From Candidatus Methanomethylicia archaeon (GTDB lineage Archaea; Thermoproteota; Methanomethylicia; CALHIW01): a stretch of DNA of 44,811 nucleotides. The notes below the pieces were generated by a model. It was not told where the DNA came from. It was given only the letters and a program-made list of their open reading frames with translations, and searched no databases. The stretch is from the NCBI GenBank assembly GCA_938030905.1, contig CALHIW010000001.1:1-44811 (forward strand). The letters are read 5' to 3'. The position numbers were made by a program, and so were the translations under genes. This document shows positions 11,155 to 21,187 of the stretch, one piece after another. Each line of letters starts with the position of its first letter. The stretch's first letter is position 1.

Positions 11155-13521
11155 TTGGAGAAGAGACCAGTAAGGTTTTCACTTAAGTCTCTTGAGTCAG
11201 CTGGACTTTCAGCTAGAGATCTTGAGATTATTGTTGGAGGTATTGAGATCCCTGAGGTTTGGGAGCCTCTCGGCCCAACACCAATGCCTAAAATATTTAT
11301 GTTAAGATCGTGGGATTTTAAGCTTCTAAACAGGTATAAACCATTCTATATGCCCTTCTGCGATCAATGTTGTCTCTGTACCTATGGTAAATGTGACTTA
11401 ACCAGAGGTAAAAGAGGCTCATGCGGTATAGATATGCCTACACAGCAGGGTAGAATAGTAGTGTTGGCATGTGCTATAGGTACTTCTACCCATACATCCC
11501 ATGCTAGACATATGCTTGATAGACTTATTGAAAAGTTTGGTGCTGATACTCCTATTAATCTTGGATCTGATATTAATGTTGAAATGCCTAATACAAGACT
11601 TGTCGTAGGGATTAAGCCTAAAACTCTAGGAGATCTTTCCCATGTTTTAAGCTATGTTGAGGAGCAAATTGTCCAAACAATATCAACCACACATACAGGT
11701 CAGGAAGCAAGCTCTCTAGACTATGAATCTAAAGCTCTACATCTAGGTATGCTTGACCATGTCGCAATGGAGGTTGCAGATATAGCTCAAATAGTTGCAT
11801 TCAACTTTCCTAAAGGTGATCCAAACACTCCACTATCTGAGATAGGTATGGGTCTCATAGATGTTATTAAGCCAATGATTCTACTTATAGGACATAATGT
11901 TTCTGAAGGGGTGGAAATCATAGATTACATGAGGAGAAACAATTTAGGAAAACCAGGCGAAATATTGGAGGTTGCTGGTCTATGCTGTACAGCACATGAC
12001 ATTACAAGATATGAGAGCTCAGCTAAAATTATTGGACCCATATCACATCAAATAAGATTCATCCGTTCAGGAGCTGCAGATACACTAATAATTGATGAGC
12101 AATGCATTACCAATCTATCACTTATAGAGGCTCAAAAAGTTAAAACCCCATTCATAGCGGTATCTGATAAAGCTGCCTATGGACTACCTGATGTTAGTGA
12201 GTGGCCAGTTGAAAAGATAGTTTCCTCCCTAACAGTTGGCGGCTTAAGCGGTGTCTTCCTCCCAGATTTAGAGAAGGCAGCTGCAGTATCAGTACTAACA
12301 GCTCTACAGACTGCACCATTAAGACAGAAGTTTAAAGTTATACCTGACATTAAAGAGCTTAGCACCATAGCCTCTAAATGTACACATTGTGGTAGATGCC
12401 GTAGAAACTGTCCAATAGATCTACCTGTAGACGATGCAGTATATTCCTTAAGGCTTGGAGATTCAAGCAAGCTCGCCATGCTTCACGATCTCTGCCTCGG
12501 ATGTGGTAGATGTGAATGGGAATGCCCAAACCATACGCCTGTATTAAGCCTCATGATGAAGGCGGCTGAAGCCAAAATTAAAACTGAAAAATACAAGATA
12601 AGAGTTGGTAGAGGGCCAATACTTGATACTGAGATAAGAGAGGTTGGAAGCCCAATTGTACTAGGGGAAATACCTGGTGTTGTAGCTTTTGTTGGATGTG
12701 CAAACTATCCTGAAGGTGGATTAGAGGTAGCATTAATGGCTAGAGAATTTGCTAGGAGAAGATACATAGTAACAACTTCAGGATGTTCAGCTATGTCTAT
12801 AGCTATGTATAGAAATGAGGAGGGTTTAACACCATATGAGGAGTTTTCAGGAGTCTTCGAGGCAGGTGGGTTAGTAAATGTTGGTTCATGTGTTGCAAAT
12901 GCTCACATATCAGGTGCAGCTATAAAGATTGCAAACATATTTGCTAGAAGACCATTAAGAGGAAACTATGAGGAAATAGCTGACTACGTATTAAATAGAG
13001 TTGGAGCTGTAGGGGTTGCATGGGGGGCTTACTCACAGAAAGCAGCATCTATAGCTACAGGCTTCAATAGGCTTGGAGTACCTGTTATTCTAGGTCCTCA
13101 AGGATTAAAGTATAGGAGGATGTATCTTGGACGTTTTGAGGATAAGGAATCATTCACAGTCTACGATGCTAAAACAGGTAGAAGAGTTTGGATAGGTCCA
13201 GCACCTGAGCATCTAATAATATCTGTTGAAAACCGTAAGGAAGCTATGGTTATGATTGCTAAACTATGCCTAAGACCGAACGATACAACCAGGGGGAGGA
13301 TGATTAAGCTAACACATTACATAGACCTGTACAAGAAAATCTATGGAAAATTACCTGAGGATATACATCTACTTGTAAGATCTGAAGCAGACATCCCCAT
13401 AACGTTTAAAGATGAGGTTTTAAGCTACCTGGAGAAGGTTGGATGGAAGCCATGGGAATTACCATCAATAGACCCCTACTACTCAGAAAACGTATTCAAA
13501 AAGTATTATAGAGGTGGTTAA
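11155..13521 (+). CDS. cdhA: CO dehydrogenase/acetyl-CoA synthase (ACDS) alpha subunit
   Basis: WEPLGPTPMP, CDQCCLCTYGKC, GHN, GLCCTAHD, DEQC, two ferredoxin CxxCxxCxxxCP motifs, GCANYP and GSCV; start probably TTG at 11155 after a GGTGA SD (frame open from 11125). Confidence 0.97.
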   Translation: MEKRPVRFSLKSLESAGLSARDLEIIVGGIEIPEVWEPLGPTPMPKIFMLRSWDFKLLNRYKPFYMPFCDQCCLCTYGKCDLTRGKRGSCGIDMPTQQGRIVVLACAIGTSTHTSHARHMLDRLIEKFGADTPINLGSDINVEMPNTRLVVGIKPKTLGDLSHVLSYVEEQIVQTISTTHTGQEASSLDYESKALHLGMLDHVAMEVADIAQIVAFNFPKGDPNTPLSEIGMGLIDVIKPMILLIGHNVSEGVEIIDYMRRNNLGKPGEILEVAGLCCTAHDITRYESSAKIIGPISHQIRFIRSGAADTLIIDEQCITNLSLIEAQKVKTPFIAVSDKAAYGLPDVSEWPVEKIVSSLTVGGLSGVFLPDLEKAAAVSVLTALQTAPLRQKFKVIPDIKELSTIASKCTHCGRCRRNCPIDLPVDDAVYSLRLGDSSKLAMLHDLCLGCGRCEWECPNHTPVLSLMMKAAEAKIKTEKYKIRVGRGPILDTEIREVGSPIVLGEIPGVVAFVGCANYPEGGLEVALMAREFARRRYIVTTSGCSAMSIAMYRNEEGLTPYEEFSGVFEAGGLVNVGSCVANAHISGAAIKIANIFARRPLRGNYEEIADYVLNRVGAVGVAWGAYSQKAASIATGFNRLGVPVILGPQGLKYRRMYLGRFEDKESFTVYDAKTGRRVWIGPAPEHLIISVENRKEAMVMIAKLCLRPNDTTRGRMIKLTHYIDLYKKIYGKLPEDIHLLVRSEADIPITFKDEVLSYLEKVGWKPWELPSIDPYYSENVFKKYYRGG

Positions 13522-14055
13522 ATGGCTGTAACACCGTGGCAGCTTGGCAATATATTTGGTCCCAGAGTAGCCATCCAAGTTAAAGGTGATGCTGCAGGTA
13601 GAATGATAAAAGCTGCTAAACACCCCCTCCTAATATCTGGAGGAAACGCTTTGAAGGAAATGGTTGGAGATAAGCCGTACATAGAATTCATAGTGGAGCT
13701 ATTAAAAGCTAGAAGTATGCCGTTTATTGCTACTGGAGCAACCTACAAGGACTTTGTTGATAGGGGATTAAACCCAATTAAAATCATGAATGCTGTTGAA
13801 GTTGTTGATAGGCTTAGAGATTCAGAGTGGAGTATTGATGGTAAGGATCCACATGACCTAGTAGTATTTGCAGGACTATCATACCAATACCTATCTCAAC
13901 TCCTCTCATGCATAAAACACTTTGCAACCCATCTGAAAACAATATGTCTAGATAGATACTATCATCCAAATGCGGATCTATCATTTCCAAACCTAACAGA
14001 AGAGCAATGGATAGAAAACCTTAAGTTACTCCTGGATAACGTAAAGTCAAGGTGA
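13522..14055 (+). CDS. cdhB: ACDS epsilon subunit
   Basis: PWQ..N..GP, AKHPLL, DG...HDLV.F.G and IC.DRYYHPNADLSFPN; directly follows cdhA. Confidence 0.95.
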   Translation: MAVTPWQLGNIFGPRVAIQVKGDAAGRMIKAAKHPLLISGGNALKEMVGDKPYIEFIVELLKARSMPFIATGATYKDFVDRGLNPIKIMNAVEVVDRLRDSEWSIDGKDPHDLVVFAGLSYQYLSQLLSCIKHFATHLKTICLDRYYHPNADLSFPNLTEEQWIENLKLLLDNVKSR

Positions 14056-14060
14056 CTTGA

Positions 14061-15503
14061 TTGTCAAGCTTTGAAGAGTTCCCTGTTGAAATAAGTCCAG
14101 CGTTTGAGGGTCAAAGAGTAAGAAAGGAGGATATGTATGTAGAGTTTGGAGGGCCAAACGTAACTAAGAAATTTGAGCTTGTAAGAGTAAAATCTCTTGA
14201 GGAGGTTGAAGACGGCTTAGTAAGAATTATTGGTCCAGATATGTTAGAACTTAAGGAGGGATCATCAAACCCACTAGGAATACTAATAGATGTTGCAGGC
14301 TTAAAAATTGATAAAGATCTTGAAGGAGTAATTGAGAGAAGAATACATATGTATACAAACTATATTGAAGGAATAATGCATCTAAACCAGAGATACGATA
14401 TATGGTGTAGAATATCGAAAAAATCATTTAAGAAGGGGCTTACCTCACTTAAATGGTGGGGTCTCGGACTCATAAGGCTATTCAAGGCTGAAATGCCCTA
14501 CATAGAGAAAATGCAAGTCACATTCATAACAGATCCTGTAGAAGTAGGGAAAATGTTTGAGGAAGCTATAAGAATATATAGTGAGAGAGATGCAAGAGCA
14601 AGAGGGCTAAGAGATGAAGAAGTAGAACTATTCTATGGATGTGTACTATGCCAATCATTTGCCCCAACACATGTATGCATAATATCACCTGAAAGAATAA
14701 GCCTATGTGGAGCACTAACGTGGTTTGATGCTAGAGCAGCAGCAAACATAGATCCTAAAGGACCAAACTTCCCAATACCGAAGGGGGAACCTCTAGACCC
14801 AGTAAAGGGTGAATGGAGTGGTATAAATGAAGTAGTACAGAAAAAATCCCTAGGAACAATAAAAAGAGTTTACCTACATAGCGCTTTCGAATATCCACAT
14901 ACATCATGTGGATGCTTTGAATGTATAATGTTCTACATACCTGAAGTTGATGGATTTGGAATTGTAGATAGAGGATTCAGGGGAGGAGCAGTAAACGGAC
15001 TATCATTCTCAACAATGGCATCACAAACAGGAGGTGGAATGCAGAGTGAGGGGTTCTTAGGAATAGGAATAGAATATATGAGGTCAAGAAAATTCATACA
15101 GGCAGATGGTGGATGGAAAAGAATAGCATGGATATCAAGTACATTGAGGGAAAGAGTTGAAGATGCAATACCCCAAGAACTAAAAGATAAAATACCAACT
15201 GAAAACGAAGCTAAAAACATAGAAGAACTAAAAAAGTATTTAATCCAACACAAACACCCACTAGCAGGAAAAATAATAGAGGAGAAACCAGAAGCTCCAC
15301 CAACACCACAACCAATACCACAAACACCACAACCAATACCACAACCAATACCACAAACACCTGTAGTAATACCTCAAATAGCATCATCACAAATCCCGCC
15401 ATCCATACCGACAGCAGCTGGAGGTATAAGAATAGTATTACAGGGAGCTAGGATTAAGATAGGTAAACTCATTATTAAGAGAGCTGAAGGCGTAAAACAA
15501 TGA
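14061..15503 (+). CDS. cdhC: ACDS beta subunit (acetyl-CoA synthase)
   Basis: FYGCVLCQSFAPTHVC, SLCGA and PHTSCGCFE A-cluster motifs; Pro/Gln-rich linker and C-terminal tail; TTG start after a GGTGA SD. Confidence 0.97.
   Translation: MSSFEEFPVEISPAFEGQRVRKEDMYVEFGGPNVTKKFELVRVKSLEEVEDGLVRIIGPDMLELKEGSSNPLGILIDVAGLKIDKDLEGVIERRIHMYTNYIEGIMHLNQRYDIWCRISKKSFKKGLTSLKWWGLGLIRLFKAEMPYIEKMQVTFITDPVEVGKMFEEAIRIYSERDARARGLRDEEVELFYGCVLCQSFAPTHVCIISPERISLCGALTWFDARAAANIDPKGPNFPIPKGEPLDPVKGEWSGINEVVQKKSLGTIKRVYLHSAFEYPHTSCGCFECIMFYIPEVDGFGIVDRGFRGGAVNGLSFSTMASQTGGGMQSEGFLGIGIEYMRSRKFIQADGGWKRIAWISSTLRERVEDAIPQELKDKIPTENEAKNIEELKKYLIQHKHPLAGKIIEEKPEAPPTPQPIPQTPQPIPQPIPQTPVVIPQIASSQIPPSIPTAAGGIRIVLQGARIKIGKLIIKRAEGVKQ
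15306..15362 (+). repeat. Tandem 9/12-bp coding repeat (CCACAACCAATA / CCACAAACA) encoding the PQPI/PQT linker of CdhC
   Basis: Sequence ccacaaccaata ccacaaaca ccacaaccaata ccacaaccaata ccacaaaca. Confidence 0.8.
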
Positions 15504-15634
15504 GTAGAGAAGTAGTGAGTAAGGAGGAAGTAGACCTCTCAAAACTACTGCAAAAACTACTACAGGAAAACATTGAACTTGAACTCAGTAATGTAGAAAT
15601 CAAAGCTGAGAAACTTATCATAAAGAGGATGTAG
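15500..15634 (+). CDS. 44-aa small protein inside the cdh operon, resembling the CdhC C-terminal/CdhD N-terminal motif
   Basis: ATGA overlap with the cdhC stop; stop 1 nt before the cdhD ATG; MSREVVSKEEVDLSKLLQKLLQENIELELSNVEIKAEKLIIKRM; below the ORF-track size cut-off. Confidence 0.75.
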   Translation: MSREVVSKEEVDLSKLLQKLLQENIELELSNVEIKAEKLIIKRM

Positions 15635-15635
15635 C

Positions 15636-16931
15636 ATGAGTAGGGATGAGGAGGAGGGTAGGAAAACAGTATTCGACCTCCTAAAAACAATTTCAGAATC
15701 AAAAGAGCTTGAACTTGAAGATGTAGTTATAGATGCTGAAGAATTAACTCTCGAATTATCCACAACCCCAACAGGAAAACCAGAATATCTAAGACTTACA
15801 CTAGAGCCACTAACACCAGGAGCACAGAAATTAGAGTTTCTACTTGAAGCAACACCATATGGAGTAAGACTAGCAGCTCCAACTATACCACCAGCAGTAC
15901 CGGTAGAAAAACCTAAAGAATTCATAGAGCTGAAATTTGAATATCCAATAGTAGAATATCCTGGAAAAATAGCTGAAGTAGTAATAGGAGCAACAAAGGA
16001 GTTGGGAGGGTCAAGAGGTAAAACTATTAAGATAGGTGGTGATACATCCCCTCCATTCTATCTATTTGAATCAAAACCAGTAAATAGACCAGTAGCAGCG
16101 CTGGATGTCTTCGACACCCCACCACCACTAGCAGGACCAGTAAAAAAGGCATACCAAGACGTACTACAAGACCCAGCTGAGTGGGCTAAAAAATGCATAA
16201 ATACGTATAATGCAGACCTAGTATCACTCCATCTAGTAAGTACAGATCCATTAGGTGAGAATAAGCCGGTAAGGGAAGCATTAAAAACAGTTGAAAACGT
16301 TCTGCAAGCAGTAGACGTACCAGTAATAATAGGAGGATCAGGTAATCCACAGAAAGATACAGAGCTATTCATATATGCCTCAGAAGTATTTGCAGGGGAA
16401 AGACTAGTAATGGCCTCAATAACACTAGACATGGATATACCAAAAGTAGTAGAATCGATAGGAAAGCATGGACATAATGCTATAGCACTAGCATTCATGG
16501 ATATAAATCAGGCAAAAGAACTTTCAAGGAAAATACTTGATGCAGGACTACCGAAAAACCACTTAATACTAGACCCAACAACGGGAGCATTAGGATACGG
16601 AATAGAGTATACGTATAGCGTAATGGAGAGGATAAGACTATCAGCATTGATGGGGGAAGAAACACTTCAAGTACCTCTAAGCTGCGCAGCAACAAATGCG
16701 TGGGCTGCAAGAGAAGCATGGATGAAAATAGAGGAATGGGGGCCAAGAGAGTTAAGAGGACCACTATATGAAGCAACAACAGCACTGGTAGGACTACTAA
16801 CAGGAGCAAACCTATTTATGATGATGCATCCACTAGCAATGAAAATAGTAAAAGCATTTGCAGAAGCAATGATAGAGAAAGAGAAGAGGGAGGTAAAACC
16901 ATACATAAACTGGATAAGAACAAAATTCTAG
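15636..16931 (+). CDS. cdhD: ACDS delta subunit (corrinoid Fe-S protein small subunit)
   Basis: IGATKELGGSRG, DPAEWAKKC, IGGSGNPQKD, DINQAK, DPTTGALGYGIEY, NAWAAREAW and MMHP motifs. Confidence 0.96.
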   Translation: MSRDEEEGRKTVFDLLKTISESKELELEDVVIDAEELTLELSTTPTGKPEYLRLTLEPLTPGAQKLEFLLEATPYGVRLAAPTIPPAVPVEKPKEFIELKFEYPIVEYPGKIAEVVIGATKELGGSRGKTIKIGGDTSPPFYLFESKPVNRPVAALDVFDTPPPLAGPVKKAYQDVLQDPAEWAKKCINTYNADLVSLHLVSTDPLGENKPVREALKTVENVLQAVDVPVIIGGSGNPQKDTELFIYASEVFAGERLVMASITLDMDIPKVVESIGKHGHNAIALAFMDINQAKELSRKILDAGLPKNHLILDPTTGALGYGIEYTYSVMERIRLSALMGEETLQVPLSCAATNAWAAREAWMKIEEWGPRELRGPLYEATTALVGLLTGANLFMMMHPLAMKIVKAFAEAMIEKEKREVKPYINWIRTKF

Positions 16932-16940
16932 GCTGGTAAA

Positions 16941-18377
16941 ATGCCGAAAATTCTAAGACCACTAGACGTATACAAACACCTACCAGGAATAAACTGTGGA
17001 AAATGTGGAGAATCCAGCTGCATGGTGTTCGCATCAAAACTCATAGAGAGAAAAGCAACACCACAGCAATGTACACCACTGTATGAGGAGCCAAAATACA
17101 GGGAAAAACTACAAAAACTACTAGAAACAATAAGACCACCAGTAAAAGAAGTATGGATAGGAATAGAACCAAACATTCTAAAAATAGGAGGTAAAGAAGT
17201 TTTATATAGGCATGAACTAACATGGAGAAACCAAACAGCAATAATAATAGACATTCATGACGAAATGCCACCACAAGAAATAAAGAAAAGAGTAGAATTT
17301 GTAGACAACTTCAAATTCATAAGGATAGGGAAAGAACTAACGCTAGATGGAATAGCAATAAGATGTGTATCAGAAAACCCAGAGAAATATGCAAAAACAA
17401 TAGCAGAAATAATGGAAATAACAAACAAACCAATAATACTATGCTCTCTAGATCCAAGCATCTTAGAAGAAGCACTAATAATAGCAAACAAACGTAAACC
17501 ACTAATATACACAGCAACAAAACAAAACTGGAAAGAAGTAGGAGAACTAGCATCAAAATATAAATGTCCAACAGCAATAACAGCAGAAGATCCATCAACT
17601 CTAAAATCATTATCAGCTACTCTAAACAAAAACTACAATATAGACAACATAGTTCTAGACCCACAAATAAGAATAGGGAATATAGCAGAAACACTAAGCA
17701 CAATTACAGCAATAAGAAGAGCAGCAATAGAAAAAGAGGAAGGGGAACTAGGATATCCAATAATGACAGCACCAGCAGCAATATGGAGCATAGAAGAGGG
17801 GGATGAAAACGACAAAAAAATGCTGGAGTCAGTCGTAGCATCAAACCTCATATCAAGATTTGTAGATCTAATCATACTCCACACAATAGACACATGGACT
17901 CTAATACCAATAATAGTATGGAGAGACTGTATATATACGGATCCAAGATTTCCACCAGGGGTAAAACCAGGCCTATACGAAATAGGGAAACCAAATGAAT
18001 ACTCACCAGTACTCTCAACAGGAAACTTTGCACTTACCTACTACCTAGTTCGCGATGATATTGAAAAGGCGGGAATAAATGCGTATCTAGTAATCGTAGA
18101 TACCGAGGCTACAAGTCTGCAATCATCGGTAGCCGGTAGAAAATATACTTCAGATAAGGTTATTGAGGCAATTAAGGAGACAAAGGTTGGTGATAAGGTT
18201 AAGACTAAGGCTCTTATCATACCCGGCTATGCAGCTAGGCTTGCAGGAGAGATAGAGGATGCATTAATGGGGGATGGATGGACTATTTTCGTGGGGCCTA
18301 GAGATAGTGGTGAGATGGGTGCTTTCTATGAGAAGGTCTTTAAACCATGGTTAGAGGAAAAGCTAATAGCTAAATAA
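16941..18377 (+). CDS. cdhE: ACDS gamma subunit (corrinoid Fe-S protein large subunit)
   Basis: LPGINCGKCGESSCMVFA...C Fe-S domain, GGKEVLYRHEL, IYTDP, SPVL.TGNFALTYY and VGPRDS. Confidence 0.96.
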   Translation: MPKILRPLDVYKHLPGINCGKCGESSCMVFASKLIERKATPQQCTPLYEEPKYREKLQKLLETIRPPVKEVWIGIEPNILKIGGKEVLYRHELTWRNQTAIIIDIHDEMPPQEIKKRVEFVDNFKFIRIGKELTLDGIAIRCVSENPEKYAKTIAEIMEITNKPIILCSLDPSILEEALIIANKRKPLIYTATKQNWKEVGELASKYKCPTAITAEDPSTLKSLSATLNKNYNIDNIVLDPQIRIGNIAETLSTITAIRRAAIEKEEGELGYPIMTAPAAIWSIEEGDENDKKMLESVVASNLISRFVDLIILHTIDTWTLIPIIVWRDCIYTDPRFPPGVKPGLYEIGKPNEYSPVLSTGNFALTYYLVRDDIEKAGINAYLVIVDTEATSLQSSVAGRKYTSDKVIEAIKETKVGDKVKTKALIIPGYAARLAGEIEDALMGDGWTIFVGPRDSGEMGAFYEKVFKPWLEEKLIAK

Positions 18378-19019
18378 AAGATGTAGTTTCTTTAAAATAA
18401 GCTATGTCTTATAAAGGATTAGTTTACTAATTCTCTCTATTTCTAGTTATATCTCATCCAGTCTTGTTATTGCGGTCTTACTGTTTAAGGAATTGTTTAA
18501 AGTGTTTTTCCTACATATACTTAATTGCCGAGGTGGAGGAGAGCAAATATAGTCTAAAAACGGACCGCCTACTACATGCTATGAGTTACAAATTACAACT
18601 ATGTAGTTTCTATAGTTTTCTGATAAAGGCTTCTATTTTTACCATTGCTAAGGGGTTAAGAACTAAACTCGACTTATTCGTAAGAAAGCTTCAGGCACAA
18701 TGGCTAGAGACATGCTATAGAGGTCTCTGTTACTACCCACCAGAATTGCCTTAGACTTGTTTAAGTCATCTTGTACCTCACCCCCAAGATTAATAAGTTC
18801 TAGCTTTGTTCAATAGTAGTCTTAAGTTTCCCATCCTTGACACTGTCCAGTTTAAAGCTTGTTGTCATGTTACCATATATGAAATAATCAGTGAAGGTTA
18901 TGGATTTTGAGTCTAGCCAATTAAACCGTAAGCATAAGTAATTATTCTCATGCTTTTAACATAATTGGATATTAAACATGAAGAATTAAAGGATAGTTAA
19001 AACTTGGATTAGTGATGCT

Positions 19020-19694
19020 TTAGCTGAAAAGTAAATATGCTTCATCTTTCACTTTCTTTATACAGTTCTCAGTATCTACTATGTCTTCTCTATGGTAGCC
19101 TTCAAGTATACATCAGTCCTGCATGCTTCATTATGATAGGGAACATATTGGCTAGCTATCTATGAAGTTCATAAGCTATATACCCCATTTCTGCTTGTGC
19201 ATCAGCACATTCCTTAAGTGGTAGGAAGTTAAATACAGCTTCTCTAAGATTCATCTGTACTGAAATTCTTATTGTAGATGCATTTACTGAGAAATATCTT
19301 GTATTCTCCATTCTACACCTTCATCTATTAGTTGAAAATAGCTCTTATGCATATACTCCATAACTCTATGGTTTAAGCCCTTAGGTAATATATATCTAGA
19401 AATCTTTACTCTACGTCGACTCTCCTACCAGTAGCTTGCAATTCTATGTCTAACAAGTTGGTGACTACATACCCTTAAGCATAATACAAGAAAACATACA
19501 CAAGTAAACTCAAGAACACTCCAGTGACCACGTTTAAGAAAGCTTAAAACCCCTCCCCAACTAGTTTCTCATCAACTTTACTTAAAGCGCTCTTAATATT
19601 ATATCCATGATATAGAACATCAGTTAATGCAGCTATTATCTTTTCACCACCCAACATATACATAAGTTCAACTGACGGCTTAATAAAAATCCAT
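19020..19694 (-). pseudogene. thyX: Flavin-dependent thymidylate synthase pseudogene
   Basis: Broken frames give GEKIIAA, KRGHWSVLEF, RVCSHQLVRHRIASYW*ESRR, ENTRY, VQMNLRE, AQAEM and P.I.KHAG; includes the ThyX RHRxxS signature, with stops and frameshifts. Confidence 0.85.
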
Positions 19695-19842
19695 ACTTTA
19701 AGGTTAGTAGCTCTAAAAATAAATGTTACTAGCCTCATGGAGACTGCTAAACTTAGTATATAGTCTCCACTCAAATATTTCCTTAACTATAAAAACTTAA
19801 CACAAAATGGTGGTTGTACCTGACAACCATTTTCCGCATTTA

Positions 19843-19857
19843 GAAAAGATTTATAAA
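19843..19857 (+). promoter_or_regulatory. BRE/TATA promoter, probably for a leaderless transcript
   Basis: GAAAAGATTTATAAA about 20 nt before the ATG at 19878. Confidence 0.55.
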
Positions 19858-19877
19858 CCTCTAATCAAGATTATTTG

Positions 19878-20462
19878 ATGAGTCTAGAATCAAATAGAAT
19901 CTTAGGCAGTATAGGTGCAATATTAATTGCTATTGGTTTTTCGACTCCATTTTCAGGCTATATTGGTATTCTTAGTCTTGTCGGTATAATACTTGTGCTG
20001 GTAGCTATGAAAGGTCTAGCAGAATACTACAATGAAAGAGGTATATTTCAAAATGCGCTTTATGGATTTATCTTCGGAATCATAGGATTCATAGTTGTAA
20101 TCGTATTCGTAATGTTCTTTGCAACGTTTTCTATACGAGCCATGTGGAGAGCAGTAAGGATACCAACTGAATTTACAAGCGTTACTCTAATTGTAGGTCT
20201 AATCCTTGGTTTAGTTGTACTTGTTATATTTCTTGTTTTGCAAGCTATATTCTATAGAAAATCATTCAATCTCCTTGCTGAAAAATCTGGAGAGAAAATG
20301 TTTAATACTGCTGGGCTGCTAATGCTAATAGGCGCTGTTTTAACAGTAATAGTCATAGGAGCAATTCTATTGCTCATTGCTTGGATTCTAGCTGCTGTTG
20401 CATTTTTCTCCATTAAGGCTCCAGCAATCCAGCCAATATTACCCCCACCACCCCCAACATGA
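19878..20462 (+). CDS. DUF996 family membrane protein
   Basis: K/RILG.IG.IL, LVGIILVLVAMKGLAEYY....IF.NAL, F.TAGLL.LIGAVL.VI.IG.ILL.IAWIL..VAFFS and Pro-rich tail. Confidence 0.85.
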   Translation: MSLESNRILGSIGAILIAIGFSTPFSGYIGILSLVGIILVLVAMKGLAEYYNERGIFQNALYGFIFGIIGFIVVIVFVMFFATFSIRAMWRAVRIPTEFTSVTLIVGLILGLVVLVIFLVLQAIFYRKSFNLLAEKSGEKMFNTAGLLMLIGAVLTVIVIGAILLLIAWILAAVAFFSIKAPAIQPILPPPPPT

Positions 20463-21187
20463 CATCTTAACGCCCTATTTTTTAACCAAATTAAACAAGG
20501 CTTAGAATTGATTAATTTAAGATGCAAGGAAATGGAGCATCAATAGTTAAGTGATTTTCAACATATTCTTGGCCCAAGTCTCCATATACGCTATAGTATT
20601 TTGGATGATTTTTGTTAAGCCTAAGTCTTAGCTTTAACATGCCTGACAGTTATATACAGTTAAATCACTCAACTCATCTTAAATTGTTTACAAACTTTTT
20701 CTAACTTAAGGATTATTACTGGCTTGACTACCTCTACTTGTATGAATTACTGGTTAAATGTGTATTTGATGCTTACTATAAGTCTTTAAATGTATTGATT
20801 TAGAAGGTTTTTGAAAGGCTTGTAATTGATGATTTGGATGCTAGGAGAAAACTAAACACTAATACCATACTATGATAAATGAATAAATATTATAGAGGAA
20901 TTTAGTATTTGCATTATCAGTATATGTAGACTAGAATATCCAATATACTCAGTATATTGGATGGTTAATCCAATACGATGTGGGAATAGGATAGAGTTAG
21001 CAATGAAATTATAGCTAAGCTAAACATTAAGCTTCAACTATGCAGTATTTCTAATACTTAATGAAAGCTATACGATATAGGAGGAGTAGGTTGCTGTAGA
21101 ATTAAAAGGTTTGGAAGTAATAAAATGTTGTAATTTAATCTCTGAATTAAAATTCTTCATCTTCATATCGTTATGATGATTTATTAA

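Noticed and set aside
14933..17893. Many hydrophobic minus-strand ORFs antisense to cdhC-E
   Set aside because: Artefacts of the extreme A-rich codon usage of the real genes.
18464..18754. 96-aa ORF downstream of cdhE
   Set aside because: No SD, motif or host-like codon pattern; probably spurious.
19544..19774. 76-aa ORF as an independent gene
   Set aside because: Its C-terminal half is the N-terminal fragment of the thyX pseudogene.
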